Shown here: positions 11,638-19,277 of the stretch, in pieces
Numbering within the stretch: position 1 is the stretch's first letter
Layout: each line of letters begins with the position of its first letter
NCBI GenBank assembly: GCA_031409655.1
Contig: JANNXQ010000169.1
Span: 1-32,770 of the forward strand
Source: Chthoniobacteraceae bacterium
GTDB lineage: Bacteria; Verrucomicrobiota; Verrucomicrobiia; Chthoniobacterales; Chthoniobacteraceae
DNA length: 32,770 bases
Direction: 5' to 3'
The notes under the pieces: model-generated
What the model saw: the letters and a program-made list of their open reading frames with translations, nothing else
The model's database searches: none
Told to the model about the DNA's origin: nothing
Made by a program: the position numbers and the translations under genes

Positions 11638-12803
11638 GGGACGAGTGCGATGTAGTGATCATCGGCGGCGGCGGCGCGGGGCTGATGAGTGCGCTCGAAG
11701 CGGGACGGCGCGGGCGGCGGGTGATCTTGCTGGAGCACAATGATCGCGTGGGGAAAAAGATCGCGATCTCGGGCGGCGGGCGCTGCAACTTTACGAACAT
11801 CCACGCCGGGCCGGAAAATTTTCTCTCCACGAATCCGGACTTCTGCAAATCGGCGCTCGCACGCTATTCGCCGTGGGACTTCATCGCCTTGGTGGAAAAG
11901 CACGGGGTCGCTTACCATGAGAAAAAGCTGGGGCAGCAGTTCTGTGACACAAGTGCGCGGGGGATCATCGAACTGCTGCTCGCGGAGTGCGCGGCGGCGG
12001 GTGTGGAGATCCGCGTGAACTGCCGGGTGACGAAAGTGGAAAAGGCGGAGCGCTTCCGAGTGGAGACGAGCACTGGCCCGCTTGAGTCGCAATCACTGGT
12101 CATCGCGACGGGTGGGCTCTCCTTTGCCAAGCTCGGCGCGACAGACTTTGGGCATCGCATCGCGCGGCAGTTCGGACTGCGGGTGACGGAACTGCGACCG
12201 GCGCTGGTGCCGCTGACTTTCGCACGGGAGGACGCGGAGTTCGGTGCCCTGAGCGGGGTGTCGCTGCCGGTGGTGATGCGCTGCGAAGGGGTGAGCTTTG
12301 AGGAGAATATCCTTTTTACCCACCGCGGATTTAGCGGGCCGGCCGTCTTGCAGACTTCGTCCTACTGGCGCGAGGGCGAGACGATGCACTGCGACCTGCT
12401 TCCCGGGATCGATGGGGCTGCCTGGCTCGCCGAGGCGCGGCAATCGAAGGCGCAAGTGCGGACGATGCTCGCGCGGCATTGGCCCGAACGGCTGGCGGAG
12501 GCATGGTGCGCGCGTTTTGCACCCACGAAGGCGATCCCGTATTGGACGGCGCAGGAGCTCAGCGCTTTCGCCGCGCGGCTGAAGGAGTGGCCGATGGGCT
12601 TTTCCGGCACCGAGGGCTACGCGAAGGCGGAGGTGACGCTTGGCGGCGTGGATACCGGCGAGCTTTCGTCGAAGACGATGGAGGCGCGGCGCGTGCCGGG
12701 CCTGTATTTCATCGGCGAAGTCGTGGACGTGACGGGCTGGCTCGGGGGCTTCAATTTCCAATGGGCCTGGGCCTCCGGCCACGCTGCGGGCCAGAGCGTA
12801 TGA
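11634..12803 (+). CDS. HI0933/YhiN/BaiN-family NAD(P)/FAD-dependent oxidoreductase
   Basis: GGGGAGL, GKKIAISGGGRCNFTN, LFTHRGFSGP, AEVTLGGV, GEVVDVTGWLGGFNFQWAWASG. GTG start overlaps the DUF309 stop. Confidence 0.95.
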   Translation: MRDECDVVIIGGGGAGLMSALEAGRRGRRVILLEHNDRVGKKIAISGGGRCNFTNIHAGPENFLSTNPDFCKSALARYSPWDFIALVEKHGVAYHEKKLGQQFCDTSARGIIELLLAECAAAGVEIRVNCRVTKVEKAERFRVETSTGPLESQSLVIATGGLSFAKLGATDFGHRIARQFGLRVTELRPALVPLTFAREDAEFGALSGVSLPVVMRCEGVSFEENILFTHRGFSGPAVLQTSSYWREGETMHCDLLPGIDGAAWLAEARQSKAQVRTMLARHWPERLAEAWCARFAPTKAIPYWTAQELSAFAARLKEWPMGFSGTEGYAKAEVTLGGVDTGELSSKTMEARRVPGLYFIGEVVDVTGWLGGFNFQWAWASGHAAGQSV

Positions 12804-13249
12804 AGAAGCGCGGCCCGCAAAAAACCACGAACGAAGTGGTCGCCGAAGTGGGCGCGATCTATGAGGAACTCGCGGAGCGACCGATCGAGCGGGCCTGCGT
12901 GCGTCGCACGGAGTGCTGTCACTTCAAGCTCACGGGACGGACTCCGTATCTCACGAAAGGGGAGGCGCTCACCGCGGCCGCGGCGCTGCGTGCTGCGGGG
13001 CGCAAGGCTCTGCCGGCGCGCACGGACGGCGTGTGCCCGCTCCTCGCGCCGGATGGAAAGTGCCTGATCTACGCGGCACGACCCTTTGGTTGCCGTACCC
13101 ATTTCTGCGCGGCGGCGGGTGGGCCTTACGCGCGCCGCGAAGTGATCGACTTGATTCGCCGACTCGAGGATCTCGATACCGCGCTCGGCGGTTCCGGGGC
13201 GATGTCATTGCCCGCTGCCGTCAAAGCCGCGCTGCGGGAAAGTGTGTGA
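12800..13249 (+). CDS. YkgJ-family cysteine-cluster (putative Fe-S/Zn) protein
   Basis: CVRRTECC, CPLL, CLIYAARPFGCRTHFC. ATGA overlap with the upstream gene. Confidence 0.85.
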   Translation: MKKRGPQKTTNEVVAEVGAIYEELAERPIERACVRRTECCHFKLTGRTPYLTKGEALTAAAALRAAGRKALPARTDGVCPLLAPDGKCLIYAARPFGCRTHFCAAAGGPYARREVIDLIRRLEDLDTALGGSGAMSLPAAVKAALRESV

Positions 13250-13262
13250 GGAGCCGCGCTCT

Positions 13263-13324
13263 CAAGGAGTAGGGGCGCCCTCGCCCCGTGTAGTTCCTGG
13301 GGGCGAGGGCGCCCCAACTCCTTG
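13263..13324. repeat. 25-bp inverted repeat (REPIN-like, GTAG/GTTG foot) between convergent genes
   Basis: CAAGGAGTAGGGGCGCCCTCGCCCC (13263-13287) against 13300-13324, 24/25 complementary. Confidence 0.85.
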
Positions 13325-13329
13325 GTGGC

Positions 13330-13770
13330 CTAGTGCCGCGCGATCTTCTTCGAGCGATTCAACGCTTCCGCCGCCTTCTTTGCGTCGCCGTTCTTTTCGT
13401 AAAGCTCGGCCAGCGTGCGCCACACCGCGCCCTGCCCGGGATCGATCTGCACGGCCTCTTCGTAGGCGGCGATGGCTTCGGGCTCGTTGCCGGTCTGGAG
13501 CAGAAAATCGGCACGCGAGGTTGCCTCGGTCATGCGTTCGTGAAGATCGCTGATCGGGAGGAGCGGCTCAACGGCTGGCACGTAAACGTGACGACCTGGA
13601 CCGGGCCCGTAAGCGGCCGCAGTGGGCGGTGCCATGGCCTGCGGGAGACGGACGAGATCCGGGCGTTTCGCGAGTGCGACCTCCACTGAAGTGCCGGGTG
13701 GAGTATGCACGCATCCCGAGAGCGCGATTGCGCAGCTCGCGGCGGCAAGGGTGGTCAGCGTCTGGCGCAT
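13330..13770 (-). CDS. TPR-containing lipoprotein
   Basis: Lipobox LSGC after a hydrophobic signal. C-terminal EAIAAYEEAVQIDP...VWRTLAELY is TPR-like. Confidence 0.75.
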   Translation of the reverse strand: MRQTLTTLAAASCAIALSGCVHTPPGTSVEVALAKRPDLVRLPQAMAPPTAAAYGPGPGRHVYVPAVEPLLPISDLHERMTEATSRADFLLQTGNEPEAIAAYEEAVQIDPGQGAVWRTLAELYEKNGDAKKAAEALNRSKKIARH

Positions 13771-13902
13771 AATGGGGATCATAGCGATAACGCCGGTAAC
13801 AGCACAATCTTTGCCCGCGCGCATCCCGGTTTTCACGGAAAGGCCAGCGGCACCCACGCCGCATCTCGACACCCCGGCAAGTCGGGTTTCTATTGCCGGC
13901 CC

Positions 13903-14277
13903 ATGACCACCCGCAACTTCGCCAAATCTTTCAGCATCGCGGGATTCATCCTTGGCGAAGTTTACATGGTGCTGCTCTGCCTCGCGCCCTACCGGCAGGG
14001 CCCGGCGGCGCGCTTGCCCATGGGTGTGGAACTGCCGATCCCGCCGTCGCCGCTGCCGCCGGGGACCGCGATTCCGACGGATGCGCTGATCTGGAAAATG
14101 ATCGCGAGCTCGATTTTCTTCGGGCCATTCGGGGCGCTGGTCGGCATGGGCATCGGTCTGCTCATCGGCGGTCTGATGGATAAGATTTGGCCTCTGCCAG
14201 ATTCCGCACCGCCTGCTCCGCTTGGGTCGCAATCGTCCGCCAGCCATCGCGCTGATTCGGCACCGCCGCAAAGCTGA
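13903..14277 (+). CDS. Small two-TM membrane protein of unknown function
   Basis: MTTRNFAKSFSIAGFILGEVYMVLL, a Pro-rich loop, then IFFGPFGALVGMGIGLLIGG. Codon usage looks gene-like. Confidence 0.65.
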   Translation: MTTRNFAKSFSIAGFILGEVYMVLLCLAPYRQGPAARLPMGVELPIPPSPLPPGTAIPTDALIWKMIASSIFFGPFGALVGMGIGLLIGGLMDKIWPLPDSAPPAPLGSQSSASHRADSAPPQS

Positions 14278-14902
14278 GCGGGGCGCCGATGCGCAAGGTC
14301 AAACGCTTGGGGCGAGGGATGCCGCCGCTCGGCGGGCAGGCGTGAAAGGCGCCATCGAGGTAGCACGGCACCACCGGCGCCTCGGCACCTGCCACGAGCA
14401 TGCCGAGACCCGGCTTGAAGGCGCCCATCTGCCCATCCCGGCTCCGCGTGCCTTCCGGAAAGAGGACGTAGATCGCCGGATCGCCGAGCAGTCGGTCGCG
14501 CAACTCCTGCATGGCGTGCGAGCCGCACCGCTTCCGCCACATCGGGAGCGCATTCAGCATCATCGCGGAGAAAATCGAGGCCGCCGGTGTTTCAAAAAAA
14601 ACGTCGCCCGCCGCAATCGGGAACGCCGCGGAACGCAGCCGCCACGGGAGTGCGGCGGCCAGAGTGATCGCATCGAGATGGCTGGTGTGATTGCCGATGA
14701 GCACAAACGGCGGGCGCAGCGGCAGATGCTCGGAGCCGTGCACCGTCAACCGATGATAGACGCGGAGATAAACTCGGGTGAGCGCCCGCCAGCCACCTTG
14801 GACGATCCACGCTGGGAGTCCGACCTCGCGCCGCAGACTGCGAAGAGATTCAGCGGGTGCGAGGGCTTGATCGGCAGCGGGGCGGTAGCGCCAGTCGTCC
14901 AT
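14162..14902 (-). CDS. 1-acyl-sn-glycerol-3-phosphate acyltransferase (PlsC family)
   Basis: NHTSHLD (HX4D), FPEGTRS, FKPG. Confidence 0.92.
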   Translation of the reverse strand: MDDWRYRPAADQALAPAESLRSLRREVGLPAWIVQGGWRALTRVYLRVYHRLTVHGSEHLPLRPPFVLIGNHTSHLDAITLAAALPWRLRSAAFPIAAGDVFFETPAASIFSAMMLNALPMWRKRCGSHAMQELRDRLLGDPAIYVLFPEGTRSRDGQMGAFKPGLGMLVAGAEAPVVPCYLDGAFHACPPSGGIPRPKRLTLRIGAPLSFAAVPNQRDGWRTIATQAEQAVRNLAEAKSYPSDRR

Positions 14903-14964
14903 GAAGCGATTACTTTACCGGCACCCGCACCGAATGGGATGTCCAATTTCAGCCCTGCTGCCCG

Positions 14965-17049
14965 CTAAGCCGCGTAGTACTTCGGATACTTGTAGTAGTG
15001 GTAGTCCGGCATCTCGGCGTCCACCGAGTTGACGATGAGGCCGAGCACATTCACCTGGCGCTGGTAGAGCGCGTCGAGCGCATTGCGGGTCATCCGGGCG
15101 GAGGTGAATTGCGCGCGCACAACCATGAGGGCACCGTCGAAGTGCGGGGCGAGGGAAGGGGTGTCGTCGGTCGCGAGGATCGGTGCGGTGTTGAAGATCG
15201 CGAGGTCGAAGGACTCCTTGAACTCTTTCAACAAACTGACCATGGCCGGCTTCAGGAGGAGTTCGCCGGATTGGTTGGTGACCGGGCCGCGCGTGATGAT
15301 CGAGAGGGTCGGATATTTCGTTTTGATCACCGCCTCTTTCCACGGGACTTCGCCGCGGAGGATGCTGGAAAGCCCGGCCCGACCTTCGAGCCCAAAGATC
15401 TGCGCGATGTCGCCCCGCCGGAGATCCGCATCCACGAGGAGCACGCGGGCGCCGGACGCCGCCATGGTCACGGCGAGATTGCTCGCGATGGTGGACTTGC
15501 CTTCGTTCGGAATGGCGCTGGTCACGAGGATCGTGCGCAGGTCCGATTGATTCGGCATGAAGATGAGTGAGCTGCGCAGGCTGCGGAAGGCCTCGGCGTA
15601 AGAGTAACGTTCGTCATCGTCCTGAACGAGCGGCAGGCCGGAGTCGGTGCGGCTGCCGATGACGTTCGGGATTTGGGCCAGTATTGGCTCGGTGAATTGC
15701 GCGAGGACTTCGATGGACGAAGCGAGGCGGTCGTCGAGGCGATTGATCAGCAGGAGGATCAGGCTGCCGATGAGCAGACCGGAGAAGAAGCCGATCGCGA
15801 GGTGCTTGATCGTGCCTTTCGGAACCTCCCGCGGCGGGGAAGCTTTCTGCATCACCACGAGTGGATCCGGCGAGCCGGTGACGATGCTGCTCACACTGCC
15901 GAGCAGCTTCTCGGTCTGGGCCTGAGTGCGGGCGACATTTGCAGTGAGGGTTTGGTACTCGGCATCCTTGCGGCCAGCTTCGTTCACCTTGTCCTCCCAG
16001 AGTTCGACGGTGGATTCGAGGCTCTTGAGTTCCGCCTTGATGGCTACGAGCCGGTTGGCCGCGGCCTCGGTGTTCTGATTCTTGATGACCTCAAGGTTGC
16101 GCTGGATCTTCTCGACCTCGATTTTCAACGCTTGCAGGCGGGGATGCTTCGGTTTCCAAGTTTCGCTTCGTTCGTCGAGTTCCGCCTGCTTCTGCGAGAG
16201 CTCCTGTGTCTTGAGGAGGAATTGCGTGTAGAGCTCGCTGTTAAAGGAACTCTGTGGATTCGGAGCGGCGATGGAAGGGTTTGGTCCTCCTCCCACTTTG
16301 GGCATCGCCGGCATGGTGGTCGGGGCGGCGGAGAGGAGCTGATCTGGCGAGAGATTCTCAAGCCGCTGCATTTCGTTTTGGAGTGAGGCCTGTTGGTTCT
16401 TAAGGCCGGAGAGGAAGAGCGCCGCGCTCTTTCCCTGCTCGGCCCAGAAGGCCATGTTGTTCTTTTCGATGAAGTCCTGGAGCTTGGTCTTCTCGGCCTC
16501 GAGTTCCTTTTTCAAAATGCTGATCTGGTCGCCCAACTGGCCGGTGACCTCCGTCTTGATGCCGGTGCGCTGTTCGGTGCGCATGCTGATGAGTTCGGTG
16601 ACGACCGCCTCAACGTAGCGTTGCGTAAATTCAGGGTTCGAGCCGACGCCATTGACGACGATGATGCCGCTCCGAGGCGCGGCGGAAGGGTTGATTTCCA
16701 CTTCACCGAGCAGATGCGGCGACTCGAGCGCGACTCGCTTGTAGGCACGATCGAGAACCGTGGGGCTTTTAAGTTGCTCGATCGTCGTGCCGATGAAATT
16801 TCCGGTCTGGTCGCGGTATCCACCGACTTGACTGTCGGAGATCATCTCTTCCCGGATGATCATGCGGCTCTCGGATTCATAGAGCCGCGGTTCGGTGAGG
16901 AGAACGTAACCCTTATAAGCGAGCCCCAAGCCGATGGTCAGCGCGACGATCCACCAATGACGGCGAAAGAGGGTGCGGTAGCGGTAAAACTTTGCCCCGA
17001 GCGAAGCGAGGAACGGCTGCGACGGAGGTTGAGGATTGGCGGAGTCCAT
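14965..17049 (-). CDS. Wzc-like polysaccharide co-polymerase / BY tyrosine kinase
   Basis: Two TMs flanking coiled coils, AEAFRSLRS, Walker A TSAIPNEGKS, VDADLR, and a C-terminal Tyr cluster DYHYYKYPKYY. Confidence 0.93.
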   Translation of the reverse strand: MDSANPQPPSQPFLASLGAKFYRYRTLFRRHWWIVALTIGLGLAYKGYVLLTEPRLYESESRMIIREEMISDSQVGGYRDQTGNFIGTTIEQLKSPTVLDRAYKRVALESPHLLGEVEINPSAAPRSGIIVVNGVGSNPEFTQRYVEAVVTELISMRTEQRTGIKTEVTGQLGDQISILKKELEAEKTKLQDFIEKNNMAFWAEQGKSAALFLSGLKNQQASLQNEMQRLENLSPDQLLSAAPTTMPAMPKVGGGPNPSIAAPNPQSSFNSELYTQFLLKTQELSQKQAELDERSETWKPKHPRLQALKIEVEKIQRNLEVIKNQNTEAAANRLVAIKAELKSLESTVELWEDKVNEAGRKDAEYQTLTANVARTQAQTEKLLGSVSSIVTGSPDPLVVMQKASPPREVPKGTIKHLAIGFFSGLLIGSLILLLINRLDDRLASSIEVLAQFTEPILAQIPNVIGSRTDSGLPLVQDDDERYSYAEAFRSLRSSLIFMPNQSDLRTILVTSAIPNEGKSTIASNLAVTMAASGARVLLVDADLRRGDIAQIFGLEGRAGLSSILRGEVPWKEAVIKTKYPTLSIITRGPVTNQSGELLLKPAMVSLLKEFKESFDLAIFNTAPILATDDTPSLAPHFDGALMVVRAQFTSARMTRNALDALYQRQVNVLGLIVNSVDAEMPDYHYYKYPKYYAA

Positions 17050-17073
17050 GATTCGGGAGTGAGCCGCAGCGGG

Positions 17074-17754
17074 CTATTTCTTAAAGAAGGCTTGCGGGAC
17101 ATACACCCGGTCGCCGTCCTGCAGGGTGATGTCTTTCTCGACCCGTCCTTTTTGGAGGATCTCTTTTACATCGACGACCTGCGGCGCGCCCCCGGAGCGG
17201 CGGACCACCTGCACCTTGCGATCATCCGCCCAGGCCCCGAAGCCACCGGCCTTGAGGATCGCTTCACTCAGCTTGAGGGGGGTGCCGGAGATCATTTCGA
17301 CGGGCCCCACCGCGCGCACCTCGCCGGCGAGATAGACCGTGCCGGAGGTAACGATCGTGGGGCTCACCCGGTCGATGGAAAGCTTCACCGTCGCCTTGTA
17401 ATAATAATCGACCTCGAGCTTGCGCTTGATATCCGAGGAAGCCTCGTTGGTCGTCTTGCCAGCGACATGCACGCGACCTAAGGGATAGACTTCGAGTTCG
17501 CCGGTCGCCGTCACGACGCGGGGCAGACCACCATCCCGGTCCTCGACGATCTCCAGAGTCACCTGATCGCCAGGGGACAGTTTCTTGTCCGGGTCCACTG
17601 CCTCCATGCGTTCCCCGGGCGGGTAGCCAGGTTGCGCATACCCGGATCGACCCACTGGCGCCGCCCGCGGGATGACGCCTTGCGCTGCTGCCGTGACCTC
17701 AGCCGCGCAGAGCACGGCAACCCAGAGAAGGAAACGAGGACGGCAATCAGGCAT
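17074..17754 (-). CDS. Short periplasmic OPX (Wza-like: Poly_export plus SLBB)
   Basis: LSPGDQVTLEI, VYLAGEV, LSEAILKAGG, LQDGDRVYVP. 226 aa. Confidence 0.9.
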   Translation of the reverse strand: MPDCRPRFLLWVAVLCAAEVTAAAQGVIPRAAPVGRSGYAQPGYPPGERMEAVDPDKKLSPGDQVTLEIVEDRDGGLPRVVTATGELEVYPLGRVHVAGKTTNEASSDIKRKLEVDYYYKATVKLSIDRVSPTIVTSGTVYLAGEVRAVGPVEMISGTPLKLSEAILKAGGFGAWADDRKVQVVRRSGGAPQVVDVKEILQKGRVEKDITLQDGDRVYVPQAFFKK

Positions 17755-17774
17755 AGGTCATAACGCAGACAGGG

Positions 17775-19199
17775 TTAGAATTTGTAGTAGAGGCTCAGGA
17801 AGGCGAGATTCTGGTAGTAGTCGTTGCCTTGTAAATTTGAGTCCTTATAGATGTAGCGATAATCGAGCCCGACGGAGATCGAATTGGAGAAGTGGTAACG
17901 CACTCCGAAGGCGGCGCCGAAGCGATGGGCTTCCTCACCCAGATCGCCGGAAGTCTCGTAGTATTCGTAGAAGAGAGTCGGGCCCATCTGGACCTTCGCT
18001 TGCATCACCCGCCAGTCGGCCGCGTACTCGATGTGGTAGATGTCGTAGTAGTCCGAACTGAAGCCGACTTCCGTGGTCTTCGATCCGAGCAAGCGGTGCT
18101 CGAAGAATTCCGTCGGGCGGTTGTTGATCTCAAACTTCACGTAGAAGGCATCGGAGTCCTCGCTGTCGCGGAAGATTCCACGAACGGCATCCGCGTCTTC
18201 ACCGCTGAGCCCGAGGTCATCGATGAAGTCACCGCTAAAGTCGCTCGTGCCATCGAAGTTCAGCATCTGGTAGCCAGCCTCGACGTAGAGGTTCGTGTAA
18301 GGCGAGATCTGCCATTCGAGGAAGGGCCCGACCATGAGGTTCGTTCCGTCGCTCCGGTCGGAGCTGTCGAAGTTGATCCAGCTATAGGAGGTATTGAGGC
18401 CCAGCTTGACGGTCGGAGTGATCTGGAAGGCAGGCTTGATGAAGATGGTGTCGATGGCCCGATCCTGAAGATCGAAGTTATCCTCCGTGGACCACAGGTT
18501 GTAGTGATCGTAGCCGAGCGTGATCGTCGTCCACGGATTCATCCCGTAGTCGAGTTGGATGCCGGCCTGGTTTTCGAAGCGCTTGTAACGAGCGGTCTGG
18601 CTCAGGTCGGGAATGTCGTAGGTATCTTCCTGGTAACCGAAGCGATCGCGCAGGGTGATTTTCACCGGGCCCGCCATGAAGGTGAAAGCCACCTCAGAGT
18701 TTGGGGAGATGATGACGCCGTCGGAATCGAGGTCGTCATTATCGAGATACTTGGCGTAAGTGGCGCCGACCGCGATGTGCAGAGTATTGATCTCCGACAT
18801 CCGCCAAGTGGCGTCGAGATTGAGGACCGGGCGGAAGATGAGGTCGGATTCCCGGTTGTCATCGGAGAGCCGGATGTTGTCGTTATATTCAATGCCCACC
18901 CCTGCGGCGAGACTGAGGCGGAAGGGGCCGACGGCGAAGTTATACTTATCGGATTCTTCGGCCTGCTCCTCCGGGGTAAGTTCCTGGCCAGGGCGCAGCG
19001 GCGTGAGTCCGCTGGGCGAAGTTTCCTGGTAGGAATAGTCGGACGGGACGACGGGACCGAACCCGCCAGACGAGCGGGAGGTGCCGAGATCGCGGAAGAA
19101 TTCCTGAGCGGAAACCGCACAAGGATGGATGGCGGTAAGAACGCTGGCGGCAAGCAGAATCCGACGGAGGTTGGTCATCGAGGTGGTTGGGCTTGGCAT
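17775..19199 (-). CDS. Outer-membrane beta-barrel, polysaccharide-export associated
   Basis: Signal peptide, YNDNI motif, alternating aromatic beta strands, C-terminal LSLYYKF. The start may be ATG 19178. Confidence 0.85.
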   Translation of the reverse strand: MPSPTTSMTNLRRILLAASVLTAIHPCAVSAQEFFRDLGTSRSSGGFGPVVPSDYSYQETSPSGLTPLRPGQELTPEEQAEESDKYNFAVGPFRLSLAAGVGIEYNDNIRLSDDNRESDLIFRPVLNLDATWRMSEINTLHIAVGATYAKYLDNDDLDSDGVIISPNSEVAFTFMAGPVKITLRDRFGYQEDTYDIPDLSQTARYKRFENQAGIQLDYGMNPWTTITLGYDHYNLWSTEDNFDLQDRAIDTIFIKPAFQITPTVKLGLNTSYSWINFDSSDRSDGTNLMVGPFLEWQISPYTNLYVEAGYQMLNFDGTSDFSGDFIDDLGLSGEDADAVRGIFRDSEDSDAFYVKFEINNRPTEFFEHRLLGSKTTEVGFSSDYYDIYHIEYAADWRVMQAKVQMGPTLFYEYYETSGDLGEEAHRFGAAFGVRYHFSNSISVGLDYRYIYKDSNLQGNDYYQNLAFLSLYYKF

Positions 19200-19277
19200 G
19201 TCGAGGGATTTAGGAGGGGCGGGAGAGGGGAATGCAACACTTAAACTGCTCAGAATCTAAGGACGGAGTCAGGAGAC

